The notes below the pieces were generated by a model. The model was not told where the DNA came from, ran no database searches, and worked only from the letters and a program-made list of their open reading frames with translations. Shown one piece after another: positions 26,358 through 37,663 of a stretch of 51,454 nt of DNA (positions within the stretch are counted from its first letter, which is position 1; every line of letters starts with the position of its first letter). This DNA is from Octopus sinensis (lineage: Eukaryota). Made by a program: the position numbers and the translations under genes. The stretch spans positions 1 through 51,454 of the forward strand of contig NW_021834328.1 of the NCBI RefSeq assembly GCF_006345805.1, given 5' to 3'.

Positions 26358-26693
26358 TGTAGTAAAGATTGTTTGCTAACATAACATGACAGTTCTGGTT
26401 TAGGACGAATGTTGCTGTAATTTAGCCCCCAGGAGATATCGTCTCCAGTTGGCTACACGACACGATCTGTGTCCTTATTTTTTTTTTTTTTCGAACAAGG
26501 GAAAATATATATATAAGGACACAGATCGTGTCGTATAGCAAGCTGGAGACGATGTCTCCTGGGGCTAAATTATAGCAACATTAGTCCTAAACCAGGATTG
26601 CCATGTTATGTTGGCAATCTTTACTACAAAGTACTGTTGCTGAATATCTCACGTTTAAAAATAGATTTGAGATTTTAAAATAGTAATTTTCTA
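26358..26693 (+). mobile_element. Fold-back element F1, copy 2 (opposite orientation, 14-bp TSD)
   Basis: Palindrome 26358-26628 plus tail to 26693. ATTCTGAATAATGT occurs at 26347-26360 and 26694-26707. Strand is assigned by tail side only. Confidence 0.88.
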
Positions 26694-26705
26694 ATTCTGA
26701 ATAAT

Positions 26706-27050
26706 GTTGTGGTTGTTGTTGTTGTTATTGTTATTATTGCTGTTGTTATTGTTGTCGTTGTTTGTTCCTTCTCGAGCCATGTCTGGCTCATAAGGGCCGG
26801 TTTTCCGGTTTCCTTGGCGTATAGGTTCCCCACCTGGACGGGACGCCGGTCCGTCGCAGGTGAGCTGCAAGAAGCAGGAGGAAAGAGTGAGAGAAAGTAG
26901 TGGCGAAAGAGTCAGTAGAGGGTCGCCATTACCTTCTGTCGGAGCTGCATGGAGCTTTGATGTTTCGCTCATAAATACACACATCGCTCGGTCTGAGATT
27001 CGAACCCGCGATCCCTCGATTGCGAGTCAGCTGCTCTAACCACAATGCTC
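26706..27050 (-). mobile_element. tRNA-headed SINE, head A plus tail Y with (AAC)n end
   Basis: The 5' two-thirds align with 33575; the 3' part (GGAAACCGG..CCTTATGAGCC..GAGAAGGAAC) differs. Confidence 0.85.
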
Positions 27051-27292
27051 TAACCATTCTGAATAATAGTGGTTTCAAGTTTTGGCTCAAGGCCAGCAAG
27101 TTCTGGGTAGGAGCTTAGTCGATTGCATTGACCCCAGTGTTGAAATGGTAATTATTTTATCGATCCCAACATGATGAAAGGTAAGGTCGACCACGGCGGA
27201 ATTTGAACTTCAAAACGCAAAGACAGACGAAATGCCATTAAGCAGTATACTCGGCGCGGTAACGATTCTACTATAATAATATTGGTTTCAAA

Positions 27293-27860
27293 GCGACAAG
27301 CTGTCAGAATCGTTAGCACGCCGGGTGAAATGCTTAGCGGTATTTCGTCTGCCGTTACGTTCTGAGTTCAAATTCCGCCGAGGTCGACTTTGCCTTTCAT
27401 CCTTTCGGGGTCGATTAAATAAGTACCACTTACGCACTGGAGTCGATGTAATCTACTTAATCCCTTTGTCTGTCCTTGTTTGTCCTCTCTGTGTTTAGCC
27501 CCTTGTTGGTAGTAAAGAAATCGGTATTTCGTCTGCCGCTGCGTTCTGAGTTCAAATTCCGCCGAGGTCGACTTTGCCTTTCATCTTTTCGGGGTCGATT
27601 AAATAAGTACCAATTACGCACTGGAGTCGATGTAATCGACTTAATCCCTTTGTCTGTCCTTGTTTGTCCTCTCTGTGTTTAGCCCCTTGATGGTAGTAAA
27701 GAAATCGGTATTTCGTCTGCCGCTGCGTTCTGAGTTCAAATTCCGCCGAGGTCGACTTTGCCTTTCATCTTTTCGGGTCGATTAAATAAGTACCAGTTAC
27801 TCACTGGGGTCGATGTAATCGAATGATATTAGTTTCAGATTTTGACACAAGGCCAGCAAT
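27293..27860 (+). mobile_element. SINE S1 with three 184-bp units (27339, 27523, 27707)
   Basis: Seen directly; preceded by degraded S1 fragments at about 27070-27285. Confidence 0.92.
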
Positions 27861-27946
27861 TTCATGGTGGGCCTTTGTTTGATTGCATCCGGTACTTATG
27901 TTATCGACTCCGACGTGCTAACGATTCGGCCAGAATAATATTAAAC

Positions 27947-28109
27947 ATACATTATTTACATTATTTACATTCGATGGATATTTGTCCTCATCTTGTATGT
28001 TGTTAACATCTTGTTTGTGTTAACAACAAACAAGATGAGGACAAATATCCGTCGAATGTAAATAAGTTAAATAATGTACATAATTCCTCATCTCTTAAAT
28101 ATAGAACAG
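27947..28109 (+). mobile_element. Fold-back mini-element made from the H2 3' tail, 11-bp TSD
   Basis: Arms 27948-28008 and 28018-28078, with the tail continuing to ATATAGAAC. TAATATTAAAC occurs at 27936-27946 and 28110-28120. Confidence 0.88.
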
Positions 28110-28289
28110 TAATATTAAACGTTCTGAATAATATAAAGCTGTCTTTCATATATCTCAAGTTAATCTGATGGTTGAAAAAATTGGGAGTGTTTATCAGAGA
28201 AATATGGCCTGAGTATCACATGTGATATACGGGACAGCCAAAAGGTTAGCTGAGAGCTGAAAAGGGGTTGTCATAATGGTTACATAAAA

Positions 28290-28495
28290 GTGGGGATCTA
28301 GCGGAATTGTTAAGCACGTCGGTAAAATGCTTAGCGGCATTTCGTCCCCTCTCTGCGCCCTGTGTTCTGATTTCACCGGGGTCAACTTGGCATTTCATTT
28401 CCCCGAGTCGACAAAATAAGTACCAGCCTGCCAAGTACTGGGCTCCGGGTAATCGATTTGTCCCTTTCTCTTCAAGATTACTAGGCTTGAACCCT
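28290..28495 (+). mobile_element. Diverged SINE S1
   Basis: GTTAAGCACGTCGGTAAAATGCTTAGCGGCATTTCGTC...AAATAAGTACCAG. Confidence 0.75.
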
Positions 28496-28859
28496 GTAAC
28501 GGACCTCGAGTACGGTGTAATCTTCGTTACTCGTTTGTTATGGAAAGCAGGAAACCAGCCTCATGATTCCTAGCACTCAAGAAAAATAAAGAAAAAAAAC
28601 GAAGATATTAATGCAAAATCATAATTTTGGGAATTGTTGGTCACTAGAGGTTACTTTTTCATCGACACAAATACTACAAAATATCGGTGAGAACAAACTC
28701 CATAACAAGATGAGTTTCGACAAAAAATTTTATATAAAATCGTTATCAATGTCCATCGGCAAACTATGGAAGAAAGATATGAACTCGCTATTGTATTTCA
28801 TTATTGGAGCATGAATAAGTCTCAGTATTTTATGTATTGGCTGATACTTATAAATATTC

Positions 28860-28935
28860 TGAGTTTATATATATATATAATATATATATATATATATAAA
28901 AATTCATATATATGTATGTAGGTATATATATACGT

Positions 28936-28993
<58 letters not shown>

Positions 28994-29116
28994 CGTATGT
29001 GTGTGCGTGTGTGCGTGTGTGTGTGTGTAGATAGATAGATATACACATATATACATAGATACACACATATATAAATATATGCATGACCTTATATTCTCAC
29101 ATTTCCACATATCTAC

Positions 29117-29153
<37 letters not shown>

Positions 29154-29375
29154 GAGAGATAAGTATTTATACGTATAAATGTATATGCATACGTGCATCT
29201 AAATAGTCATATATATATATAAATGCATGTATTATGTATGTATGTATGTATATATATATATGTAATTTTTCACTTATATATAATGAATGAAATTATGTTT
29301 ATATATACGCATATATATATATATGTATATATATATTCATATATATACGCATATAAATATCCATACATATATATA

Positions 29376-29425
<50 letters not shown>

Positions 29426-29465
29426 TATATTATATATATATATATATATATACACACACATACTT
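28860..29465. repeat. (TA)n/(GA)n/(TG)n microsatellite cluster
   Basis: Seen directly. Confidence 0.9.
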
Positions 29466-29984
29466 TCATTAATTCATGCTGGAAGTAATTCAACGACAAC
29501 AAAAAAGACCGTACACCCAATTTTTCTCTGTTCATTTAGAAGTTTTCCTCGTAAGAATATTACAATCTCAGACCAGCGTCACTAATCAGACTTTGGTTTA
29601 GAAAACAGCTGCAGCACCAGCGAGATTCTTTAAAAATTTCTCAGACAGGAAAAAAAATCATATGTCTCTAAGTTGGTCTTTGCTGAATTTTGCATCTAAT
29701 AAGAAACGAGTGACTTTAATATGTTCAATTTTTACGTATGAGTTCCAGCTTTCGTCTTCTTTCTTATTGTGTGTCGTCCCTTTTACAATTTTATTTCCTA
29801 CTTTCCAGTTTTGGCCGTTCCTGTGTGACGTACGTGACAGTCAAAACACACAAATTATGGGTTATCTGAGGTGTAAACTTTGGACATTTACAAGAATTTT
29901 ATTGACTCATATTTCACTCTAAAGTTTGACCATCCAGGAAAAGTATTAAAGGAAAAACACTTTTACCTGGAGAGTATCTTACAT

Positions 29985-30211
29985 ATTCTATCTCTTGCGT
30001 GTTTCAGTCATTAGACTCCGGCCCATGCTGGGGCACCACCTTGAAGAATTTTCAGTCGAATGAATCTCCACCCGCCACCCAGTACTTATCTTCTGTTAAG
30101 CCTGGCACTTATTCTATCGGTCAATTTTGCCGGACCGCTAAGATACAAGGATTTAAACGCGTTAGCACCGGTTGTCAAGCACTGGTTGGGGACAAGAACA
30201 AACACACACAC

Positions 30212-30259
<48 letters not shown>

Positions 30260-30604
30260 GTAGGTCCCGGGTTGAGTCGGGGTTAACCACAGTAAATAAG
30301 GTACTCAATACATAGCAGAGTAAATTAATTTATTTTATAGAAGGAGCTTCTACAGGACTAGTACTGTTTCATTTGAATGAAACAGTACTAGTCTTGTAGA
30401 AGCTCCTTCTATAAAACAAATATATATATATATATACGACGTGATTCTTTCAGTTTCCGTCTACCAGATCAATTCATAAGGCTTAGGGCAGCGCGAGGCT
30501 ATGGTAGAAGAAAAAGACTTGCCCAAGGTGCCACGCCGTGAGACCGAACCCAGAACCATGTGGTTGGGAAGCAAGCTTCTTACCACAGAGCTACGCCTGC
30601 GCCT
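29985..30604 (-). mobile_element. SINE S2 split in its central (TA)n by an H3 fold-back insert
   Basis: 3' half at 29985-30211 and 5' half at 30437-30604, same strand and correct order. Confidence 0.85.
30260..30416 (-). mobile_element. Fold-back mini-element from the H3 terminal repeat (41-bp arms plus tail)
   Basis: Arms about 30333-30373 and 30376-30416. The tail at 30260-30332 is the reverse complement of 46559-46631. Only the GAAA/stem III/GUA half of the ribozyme is present. Confidence 0.88.
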
Positions 30605-31521
30605 AAGCTGACTTTTTTTCTTTTTCTTCTTAATTCTTTTTTGAAGCAGATTCAAATGCATGAAGTATGAAATATCGAACAGAATAACTTCGTTCATCTA
30701 AAAATATTAATTGCTAATTCGTCTGAATTTCTTCAGAGCAGAATAAAAAAAAAGTCTCATGGCCTTTTATTTCCAATGACTTTGAAACCGAAAGGAAAAG
30801 CGCCGATGAATTTACTGTACAGCAACGTCTGTGGGTCACAATTCTCATTTACTTAGTATGATAAGCGTGACAAAAACTATTGCCACATTTTCATGACAAA
30901 TACTGACTATATCTTCCAAATTGTAGATCTGGAAGGATTTATCGTTATGTCGAAAATGGTTCATTTCAATATACGTTTACAGGTGATTTTTCTGGGCTCC
31001 CTAAAAATTTTCGAAAACCATTTTCTTCATCATGTTTCACTTTCGTAAGAATAACAACTCTTTCCCTTATCTTTCGACAACAGACAATGCTTGAACCTTG
31101 GAAAATATGAACATTTCTCTTCCCTCCGATGATTGACAATATTAACTATACTCAACTGTAATGAAATCACACACCAGAACAGATACAGAATGTCACGTGT
31201 ACATCTTCCTCTTTAAAGCACTCTTCTAAGCACCATTTTCACCTCGCTAAACTTAACTCTGCCATCAGTAAAGAATGGCGTATGAAAAGGCCATAAGCGT
31301 TCTTCCTTCTTGGTCTAATAACTGCTTTATGTAACAGCAGGAGACATATTGTTGAATTACAGATAGATAATCGAAATGATTGCAGCACTCCGTTGGCTGC
31401 TGCGCCGAAGATGCTGATCTTGACAAATGGAAGCAGACGAGTAATTAACTCGTCGCATTGTCAAACATTTATATTTGATATTCATTTTAATATAATCTAC
31501 ATTAATTCCGATGCAGCAGTA

Positions 31522-31583
31522 ACAGTTGTTGTTGTTGTTGGTGGTGGTGGTGGTGGTGGTGGTTGTTATGGTGGTGGTGGTGG

Positions 31584-31633
<50 letters not shown>

Positions 31634-31795
31634 GGTGGTTGTTTTGTTGTTGTTGTTGTTGTGGTGGTGGTAGTGGTGGTGGTGGTGGTGGTTGTTGCTG
31701 GTGTTGTTGTTGTTGTTGTTGTTGTGGTGGTGGTGGTGGTGGTGGTGGTGGTGGTTGCATACTGTGGTTGTCCTCGTCGTTGTCGTTGTCGTCGT
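31522..31795. repeat. Compound (GTT)n/(GGT)n trinucleotide repeat
   Basis: Seen directly; the poly-V, poly-G/C and poly-P/Q ORFs are artefacts. Confidence 0.95.
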
Positions 31796-31885
31796 CGTGG
31801 TTTTCTTAGAATGTCGTCGATATTCTGTTTCTAAGAAATAGTCGTCTTCAAATATATTTCGAACCCACGTAATGAAAAATTCATA

Positions 31886-32260
31886 GAGCGCAGGAGTGGC
31901 TGTGTGGTAAGTAGCTTGCTAACCAACCACATGGTTCCGGGTTCAATCCCACTGCGTGGCATCTTGGGCAAGTGTCTTCTACTATAGCCTCAGACCGACT
32001 AAAGCCTTGTGAGTGGATGTCGTATATATGTATATACATATATGCGTGTCTGTGTGTCTGTGATTGTCCCCCTAACATTGCTTGACAACCTATGCTGGTG
32101 TGTTTATGTCCCCGTCACTTAGCGGTTCGGCAAAAGAGACCGATAGAATAAGTACTGGGCTTACAAAAGAATAAGTACCGGGGTCGAGTTGCTCGATTAA
32201 AGGCGGTGCTCCAGCATGGCCGCAGTCAAATGACTGAAACAAGTAAAAGAGAAAAGAGAG
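31886..32260 (+). mobile_element. SINE S2, near full length with an internal deletion
   Basis: GCGCAGGAGTGGCTGTGTGGTAAG...GGTTCAATCCC...TGACTGAAACAAGTAAAAGAG. Confidence 0.92.
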
Positions 32261-32553
32261 TATTTAGCAAGTCATTAGTCAACGTCTTACAAACCACGGC
32301 ACCGTCGATCGGAAATAAAAGGAATCGTACGTTTGTTTGAACTGAATTTTAATGGAAACATCTAATTTCTCACCTCACCACTCTCTCTCTCTCTCCCTTT
32401 CTCCCCCCTCTCTCTCTCCCTTTCTCCGCCCCCTCTCTCTCTCTCTCTTTCTCTGTCACACACACACACTCATACATACAAACACACATGCATATTATCT
32501 TATATTTACTCACACACTAAAACATATCCATATAGTTTATAATTATTTTTATA

Positions 32554-32748
32554 GGCGCAGGCGTGGCTGTGGTAAGAAGCTTGATTCCCAACCACATGAT
32601 CCTGGGTTCAGTCCCACTGCGTGGCACCCTCGGCAAATATCTTCTACTATAGCCTCGGGTCGACCAAAGACTTGTGAGTGGATTTGGTCGGCGGAAACTG
32701 AAAGAAACCTGTCGCATGCTTGTGCGTGTGTGTGTGTGTGTGTGTGTG
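32554..32748 (+). mobile_element. SINE S2, 5' half
   Basis: Head and middle intact; ends in (TG)n. Confidence 0.88.
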
Positions 32749-32764
32749 TAATTGAAAAAATTGG

Positions 32765-33339
32765 AGTCAACATAAAGAAGTACGGTTGGACATTTATTTT
32801 TTAATTACTACAATTGTTTCCACGCAACGTAGTTCTCGAGGCGTGTAGGTACTTGAATATGCAACCGCTTTCCTTCATTATGAGATCTAGTTGTGTTTCC
32901 TCAGCTGATATGTAGATATTGCCGCCCAAAGTTTAAAATCCTCGACTTCAAGAACATCCGCTCTGTCTGTCGTGGCCTGAATTTAATAGTGATCACTGGT
33001 TGCTATATCTACACAAATCGCACGTTTTAATTCATCAATAGATCGAGGGCGATGACTGAATACTTTTGATTTTAAATATCCCCAAAAGAAGAAATCACAT
33101 TTCACGATTCCAGAAGAAATGATCCATAGAGTTATCGATAACTTTCCTGAACGTCTCCAACAGTGTGTTGACAATGATGGGAGGCATTTAGCTGATTTAA
33201 TTTTTAAAACTTAATGAAATAAAATGGCTTTATATGTACATTCAGAAAATAAAATTTCTCCCTTCGTTATTTCTTATATTTCTTTTCATTATTTCTTATT
33301 TAAGCCTCCAAATGTGTCAGATCATTTTGGTCCACCCTG
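32765..33339. mobile_element. Rearranged Tc1/mariner (DD37D/Tc3-like) transposase C-terminal remnants and TIR
   Basis: Minus 33101-32998 reads CDFFFWGYLKSKVFSHRPRSIDELKRAICVDIAT. Plus 33108 onward reads IPEEMIHRVIDNFPERLQQCVDNDGRHLADLIFKT*. The right TIR ...GGTCCACCCTG|TA ends at 33339. A TIR-like GTCAACATAAAGAAGTACGGTT near 32769 may belong to another element (low confidence). Confidence 0.8.
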
Positions 33340-33574
33340 TATATAGAAATACAACCCGACAGACGGACACATGGATAGAGGGAAGGGGAGAGGGAGGAAG
33401 TTCACTCCCAGTTTTGACAATAATGCAATTTCGTCCAGTGAAACGAAACTACACCTCGACTGAGCAGACTGAAATATAGTCTTGGTTTCATTGTTGAAAT
33501 AGGGTTATTTACAACTCTAATACCCTCTTTAGAATCTCCTCCATTTTCCTTCTACCTGTTACAGCAATGATTGT

Positions 33575-33957
33575 GTGGAGGCGCAATGGCCCAGTGGTTA
33601 GGGCAGCGGACTCGCGGTTGTAGGATCGCGGTTTCGATTCCCAGACCGGGCGTTGTGAGTGCTTATTGAGCGAAAACACCTAAAGCTCCACGAGGCTCCG
33701 GCAGGGGATGGTGGTGATCCCTGCTGTACTCTTTCACCACAACTTTCTCTCACTCTTACTTCCTGTTTCTGTTGTACCTGTATTTCAAAGGGCCGGCCTT
33801 GTCACTCTCTGTGTCACGCTGAATATCCCCGAGAACTACGTTAAGGGTACGCGTGTCTGTGGAGTGCTCAGCCACTTACACGTTAATTTCACGAGCAGGC
33901 TGTTCCGTTGATCGGATCAACCGGAACCCTCATCGTCGTAACCGACGGAGTGCTTCC
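33575..33957 (+). mobile_element. Full-length tRNA-headed SINE, head A plus tail X, with degenerate TSD
   Basis: TGGCCCAGTGGTTAGGG A box and GGTTTCGATTCCC B box. ACAGCAATGATTGT (33561-33574) versus ACAGCAAGGATTTGT (33958-33972). Confidence 0.92.
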
Positions 33958-34574
33958 ACAGCAAGGATTTGTATGTTTGGTTTAAGGAAAACCCCAGGAG
34001 TTTATGCATTCTAATCGAAACATTTTACCTCTAAGGCTATTTTCAATTCGTTCACTACTCGACAAAATTGAAATTCGATAATCTGAAGATTTCATCTCCG
34101 TTAATTTCGTCTTCTTTATTAAACGAAGGCGAGAAAAGTAGAGGAAAAGAAACGGGCAACACTAATGAGAATTTCCAAATACCATCACCACAAATGCTTC
34201 CGACGGTACCATCAGCATCACAACCATCGGCAATTACTAAATTCTGATGAGCAAATCCAACAGTTGATTGGGCAATATTAGAATATTTTAATAAAATAAG
34301 CCCTTGATGCATAAACTATCAACTACTTGAAGTATGAAAAGATTGGAACCACTCTAGGCACTACAACCTCATTGTCAATAAAGCTTCGTTAATCTGTACA
34401 GGAGAGGAAAGAAAACGTTTTTATGTCAACACTGACAGGCTCGACTATCTCATCTATCAAATGAACAGGATATAAATGTTTACAGTTCGAAAAACTGTGT
34501 TACTTTTAACACTTAAATACTGGCTGAAATACTAACAATTACGAGATGACAAAACCCGTAGTTTTAATTGATTG

Positions 34575-34890
34575 TGTATTCGGTTCACAATCGTAAGGTC
34601 GTGGATTCGATTTGCGGCAATGCGTTGTGTCCTTGATCAAGACACTTTACTTCACGTTACTTGAGTCCACTTCACTCAGTTGGCAAAAAAAAATGAGTTG
34701 TACGTGTGGTTCAGTTTGTCAACCTTGTCACTTTTGGTGTGTCACGCTGAATCTCCCTGAGAACTACGTTAAGGGTACGTGTGTCTGTGGAGTACTCAGC
34801 CACTTGCACCTTAACTTCACGAGCAAGCTCTTCGGTTAATTGATTCAACTGGAACACTCTTTGTCGTAACTGACGGAATACTCTGCCAGT
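34575..34890 (+). mobile_element. Diverged SINE, head B plus tail X
   Basis: Collinear with the reverse complement of 36641-36968. Confidence 0.8.
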
Positions 34891-35114
34891 AACATTTGAA
34901 TCAGCACGTGCAGTACAAGCCAATGAGGGATCATTTACGTGGTCAGTCGGTCACTCGCTCGCTTTGCTAGAAATAGCAGCTAAATATCCATCATATCACG
35001 ACCTATACGTCTCGTATAATATTAATATAACATTAAGTACACAATGTAGAAAAACAGATGTGGCCGTCACGCCTGGAATGTCTTAGAGTATATGTCTTTT
35101 CCAAGATCGATAAA

Positions 35115-35420
35115 ACATGTATCAACTGAGCACTGGGGACGATGCAGTCGACTTCCCCTCTCCTCAAAATTGTTGGCCTTGTGTCAAAATTAGAAAGAAT
35201 TATGCATGCACAACATCATCAAGGCAGCGAACAGGCGGGGCCGATGGAGGTTTGGGAAAATGCTTAACCGTGTTTCTTGCAACTCTTTACGTCCTGAGTT
35301 CAAATTCTGCTGAGAGCGACTTTACTTTTCATCCTTCTGGGGTCGATAAAAGCACCAGTTGAACATTGGGGCCGATGTGATGGACTTACTCGCTCCCCAA
35401 ACATTACTAACCTTGTGACA
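35115..35420 (+). mobile_element. Diverged SINE S1 fragments
   Basis: S1 tail at about 35115-35165, then a headed copy at 35225-35420. Confidence 0.7.
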
Positions 35421-35777
35421 AAGTTTCAAAGCGTTTTACATTAAACATTTCACCTGGGTATGTCCGTATGTCATGTGGAACCGTAGATCTTTATCTTCCA
35501 GAAAACATAACGATGTCTCAAATATCAAACCTCGTTATTCACTATGTCCAGTTATGACACCGGACTGAACAAGATGTTTCATGCGGGTCTAGCAGTCACA
35601 CATTCACGCAAGAAGTCTCTCCCTTTCATTGTCATTTTTATAACGGCCGATAAAACTTTGCTGCAATGGCGTCTCAGACGTTACCATCAGAAAACAAACA
35701 GCCGGAACAAAAAGCAAAACACATCCGGTCCGATGTTCTGTTAATTACAATAATTTATTACCAAGGATTCGTATTTT

Positions 35778-35905
35778 ACTCAAAAGCCGTTCGAATCACT
35801 TCAACATTTAAGTTTAATTTGTCAAAATATTTTCGTCGCTAAAATCCGCGACCTGTTCACTGACAAAAATCCGTGATGTTGAAGTGAATCGAACGGCTTT
35901 TGAGT
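35778..35905. repeat. 30-bp inverted repeat enclosing hammerhead motif H4
   Basis: ACTCAAAAGCCGTTCGAATCACTTCAACAT (35778-35807) versus ATGTTGAAGTGAATCGAACGGCTTTTGAGT (35876-35905), 1 mismatch. Confidence 0.9.
35818..35867 (-). ncRNA. Minimal type I hammerhead-like motif H4 (G3-C8 covariant core)
   Basis: UUUGUCA GUGAACA G GUCGC-GGAUUUUA-GCGAC GAA AAU|AUU U^ UGACAAA. Stem I 7 bp, stem II 5 bp, palindromic stem III AAUAUU; cut between 35825 and 35824. Confidence 0.75.
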
Positions 35906-36640
35906 GTTTCTTAAATGGCTTACAAACACCTTTCACGCTGCAATTGTTTTCGTTCCAGCACACGATCTCAGATCAAATCACTTGCTATGCGAGTACATCT
36001 CCGTATTTTGCCCTTCAACTTCAAATGGATGAAAGGCAAAAGTTTATTTTGGGGCTGGAGTCTCAAACACAAAACGCCATCATTCGGTCCGAATTCCATA
36101 AATCGTGTTATTCGACGATCTTATAACTTTGCTATTTCACCGAATAAACGAAAGAATAATAGGATATCGTTAGTTTTTGAAGATCCCAACGAATGACAGT
36201 TGATTCACGATGCAACGTTAAAACAGCCTTGCCTGTAGAGGGTCCCAACTATAAATTGATTTGCCTAAATGAATTGCATATGTGACTATTAATTAAGGGA
36301 CTACAAACTGCCTGCATGAGGTTCCAGTGATTTAATCGTTTACCTAAAAGGACTGGAAATGCTGTTGGGGAGCTGGATGGGGACAATATGGGCGATCCGC
36401 CCGGGGTGGTATTTTTATGGAGACAGTACATTCGGGTCTATGAGCCTATTTATGGGACAGACTGCGGGGCGACGGGCGTCAAATTTAGGGCATGCCTCGG
36501 AGAACACACACACTGTAGCTATGCCACTGTGGAAATGGCTGCCACAAAAGATTTTCAAAACTATCTGAGTAAGTGTTTGCCGTGCCCCAGACTAAACCTT
36601 AAGTAACTTGCAAATGCTCCAACTTTTCAATGATTTAATT

Positions 36641-36968
36641 CTAAAAAGACTCCGCCGGTTACGACGACGAGGGTCCCAGCTGATACGATCAACGGAACAG
36701 CTTGCTCGTGAAATTAACGTGCAAATGGCTGAGCATTCCACAGACACGTGTACCCTTAACGTAGTTCTCGGGGATAATCAGCGTGACACAGAGAGTGACA
36801 AGGCTGACCCTTTAAAATACAAGTACAACTCATTTTTGCCAGCTGAGTGGACTGGAGCAACGTGAAATAAAGTGTCTTGCTCAAGGACACAACGCGTCGC
36901 CGGGAATCGAACTCACAACCTTACGATCATGAGCCGAATACCCTAACCACTAAGCCACGCGCCCTCAC
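36641..36968 (-). mobile_element. Full-length SINE, head B plus tail X, perfect 12-bp TSD
   Basis: AATGATTTAATT at 36629-36640 and 36969-36980; head GTGAGGGCGCGTGGCTTAGTGGTTAGGG..GAGTTCGATTCCC. Confidence 0.92.
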
Positions 36969-37466
36969 AATGATTTAATTAGAACATATTTGTTACAGGA
37001 GTTGTTGACAAAATAGGAAAAGACGCGATATCGTTCACTATTTAAAATGCCGTTGTTTAGTGTGAAGGCGCGTGGTCCAGCTGTTAGAATAGTGCACGCA
37101 AGATCGTGGTTTCGGTTCTTGGCCCTGCGGTTTTTTTGGGTTTTTTTTTAGATAAAATCTTCATTTCACATTAAATGAGTTACCTAGCAACGGACCGACG
37201 CTCCATTTAGAGGGAATGTCGCGATTTCAGTCTTCCATATGCCGTAGAAACCGGACAACCGGTTCTGAGCATCCAGGGACTCGACATAGTAATGTCCAGG
37301 AGATTGGAAAGGTGTTGCTGATACTGTTTAACATCAGGTCAACACTATTAGAATAAACCTATAATCAAAGACAAACCACTCTTGAATATTTCGGTATTTT
37401 CAGGATTTATATATGTCTACATTACCTAATACGACTGGTAATTATTTCAAACGTAGGATGTAGTTA

Positions 37467-37663
37467 CTTGAACACAGAGAAATACAAACGTAATTTGCTC
37501 CTTTTTATGTTTTATTATTTTATATTTTATTTTTCATCTTTCATTATTAACAAATTTATTACATTTTATTTCGCGTTTTTGTCTGAAATCTATTCTTGGC
37601 GTTCTGTCTTTTGTATTTTTTTGTATTTTTACATCATTACGTTTCTATTTCTCTGTGTTCAAG
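37467..37663. repeat. 28-bp inverted arms enclosing a 140-bp AT-rich segment that recurs inverted at 41663-41805
   Basis: CTTGAACACAGAGAAATACAAACGTAAT (37467-37494) versus ATTACGTTTCTATTTCTCTGTGTTCAAG (37636-37663). Confidence 0.85.

Noticed and set aside
33575-33650. tRNA-like sequences at SINE heads (also 21420-21492, 36895-36968, 38522-38595)
   Set aside because: They continue directly into SINE bodies, some with TSDs; they are not counted as tRNA genes.
34070-34290. CTGAAGA (34084) and CTGATGA (34244) core-like heptamers
   Set aside because: Neither has a convincing stem II followed by GAAA and a matching stem I.
36359-36606. GC-richer island with two overlapping ORFs and a GA|GTAAGT donor
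   Set aside because: No recognisable domain, acceptor or TIR; I cannot support a call.
37380-37412. Minus-strand CCUGAAAAUACCGAAAAUAUUCAAGAG resembling the H4 stem III
   Set aside because: There is no stem II and no 3-8 pair; at most a deleted relic.
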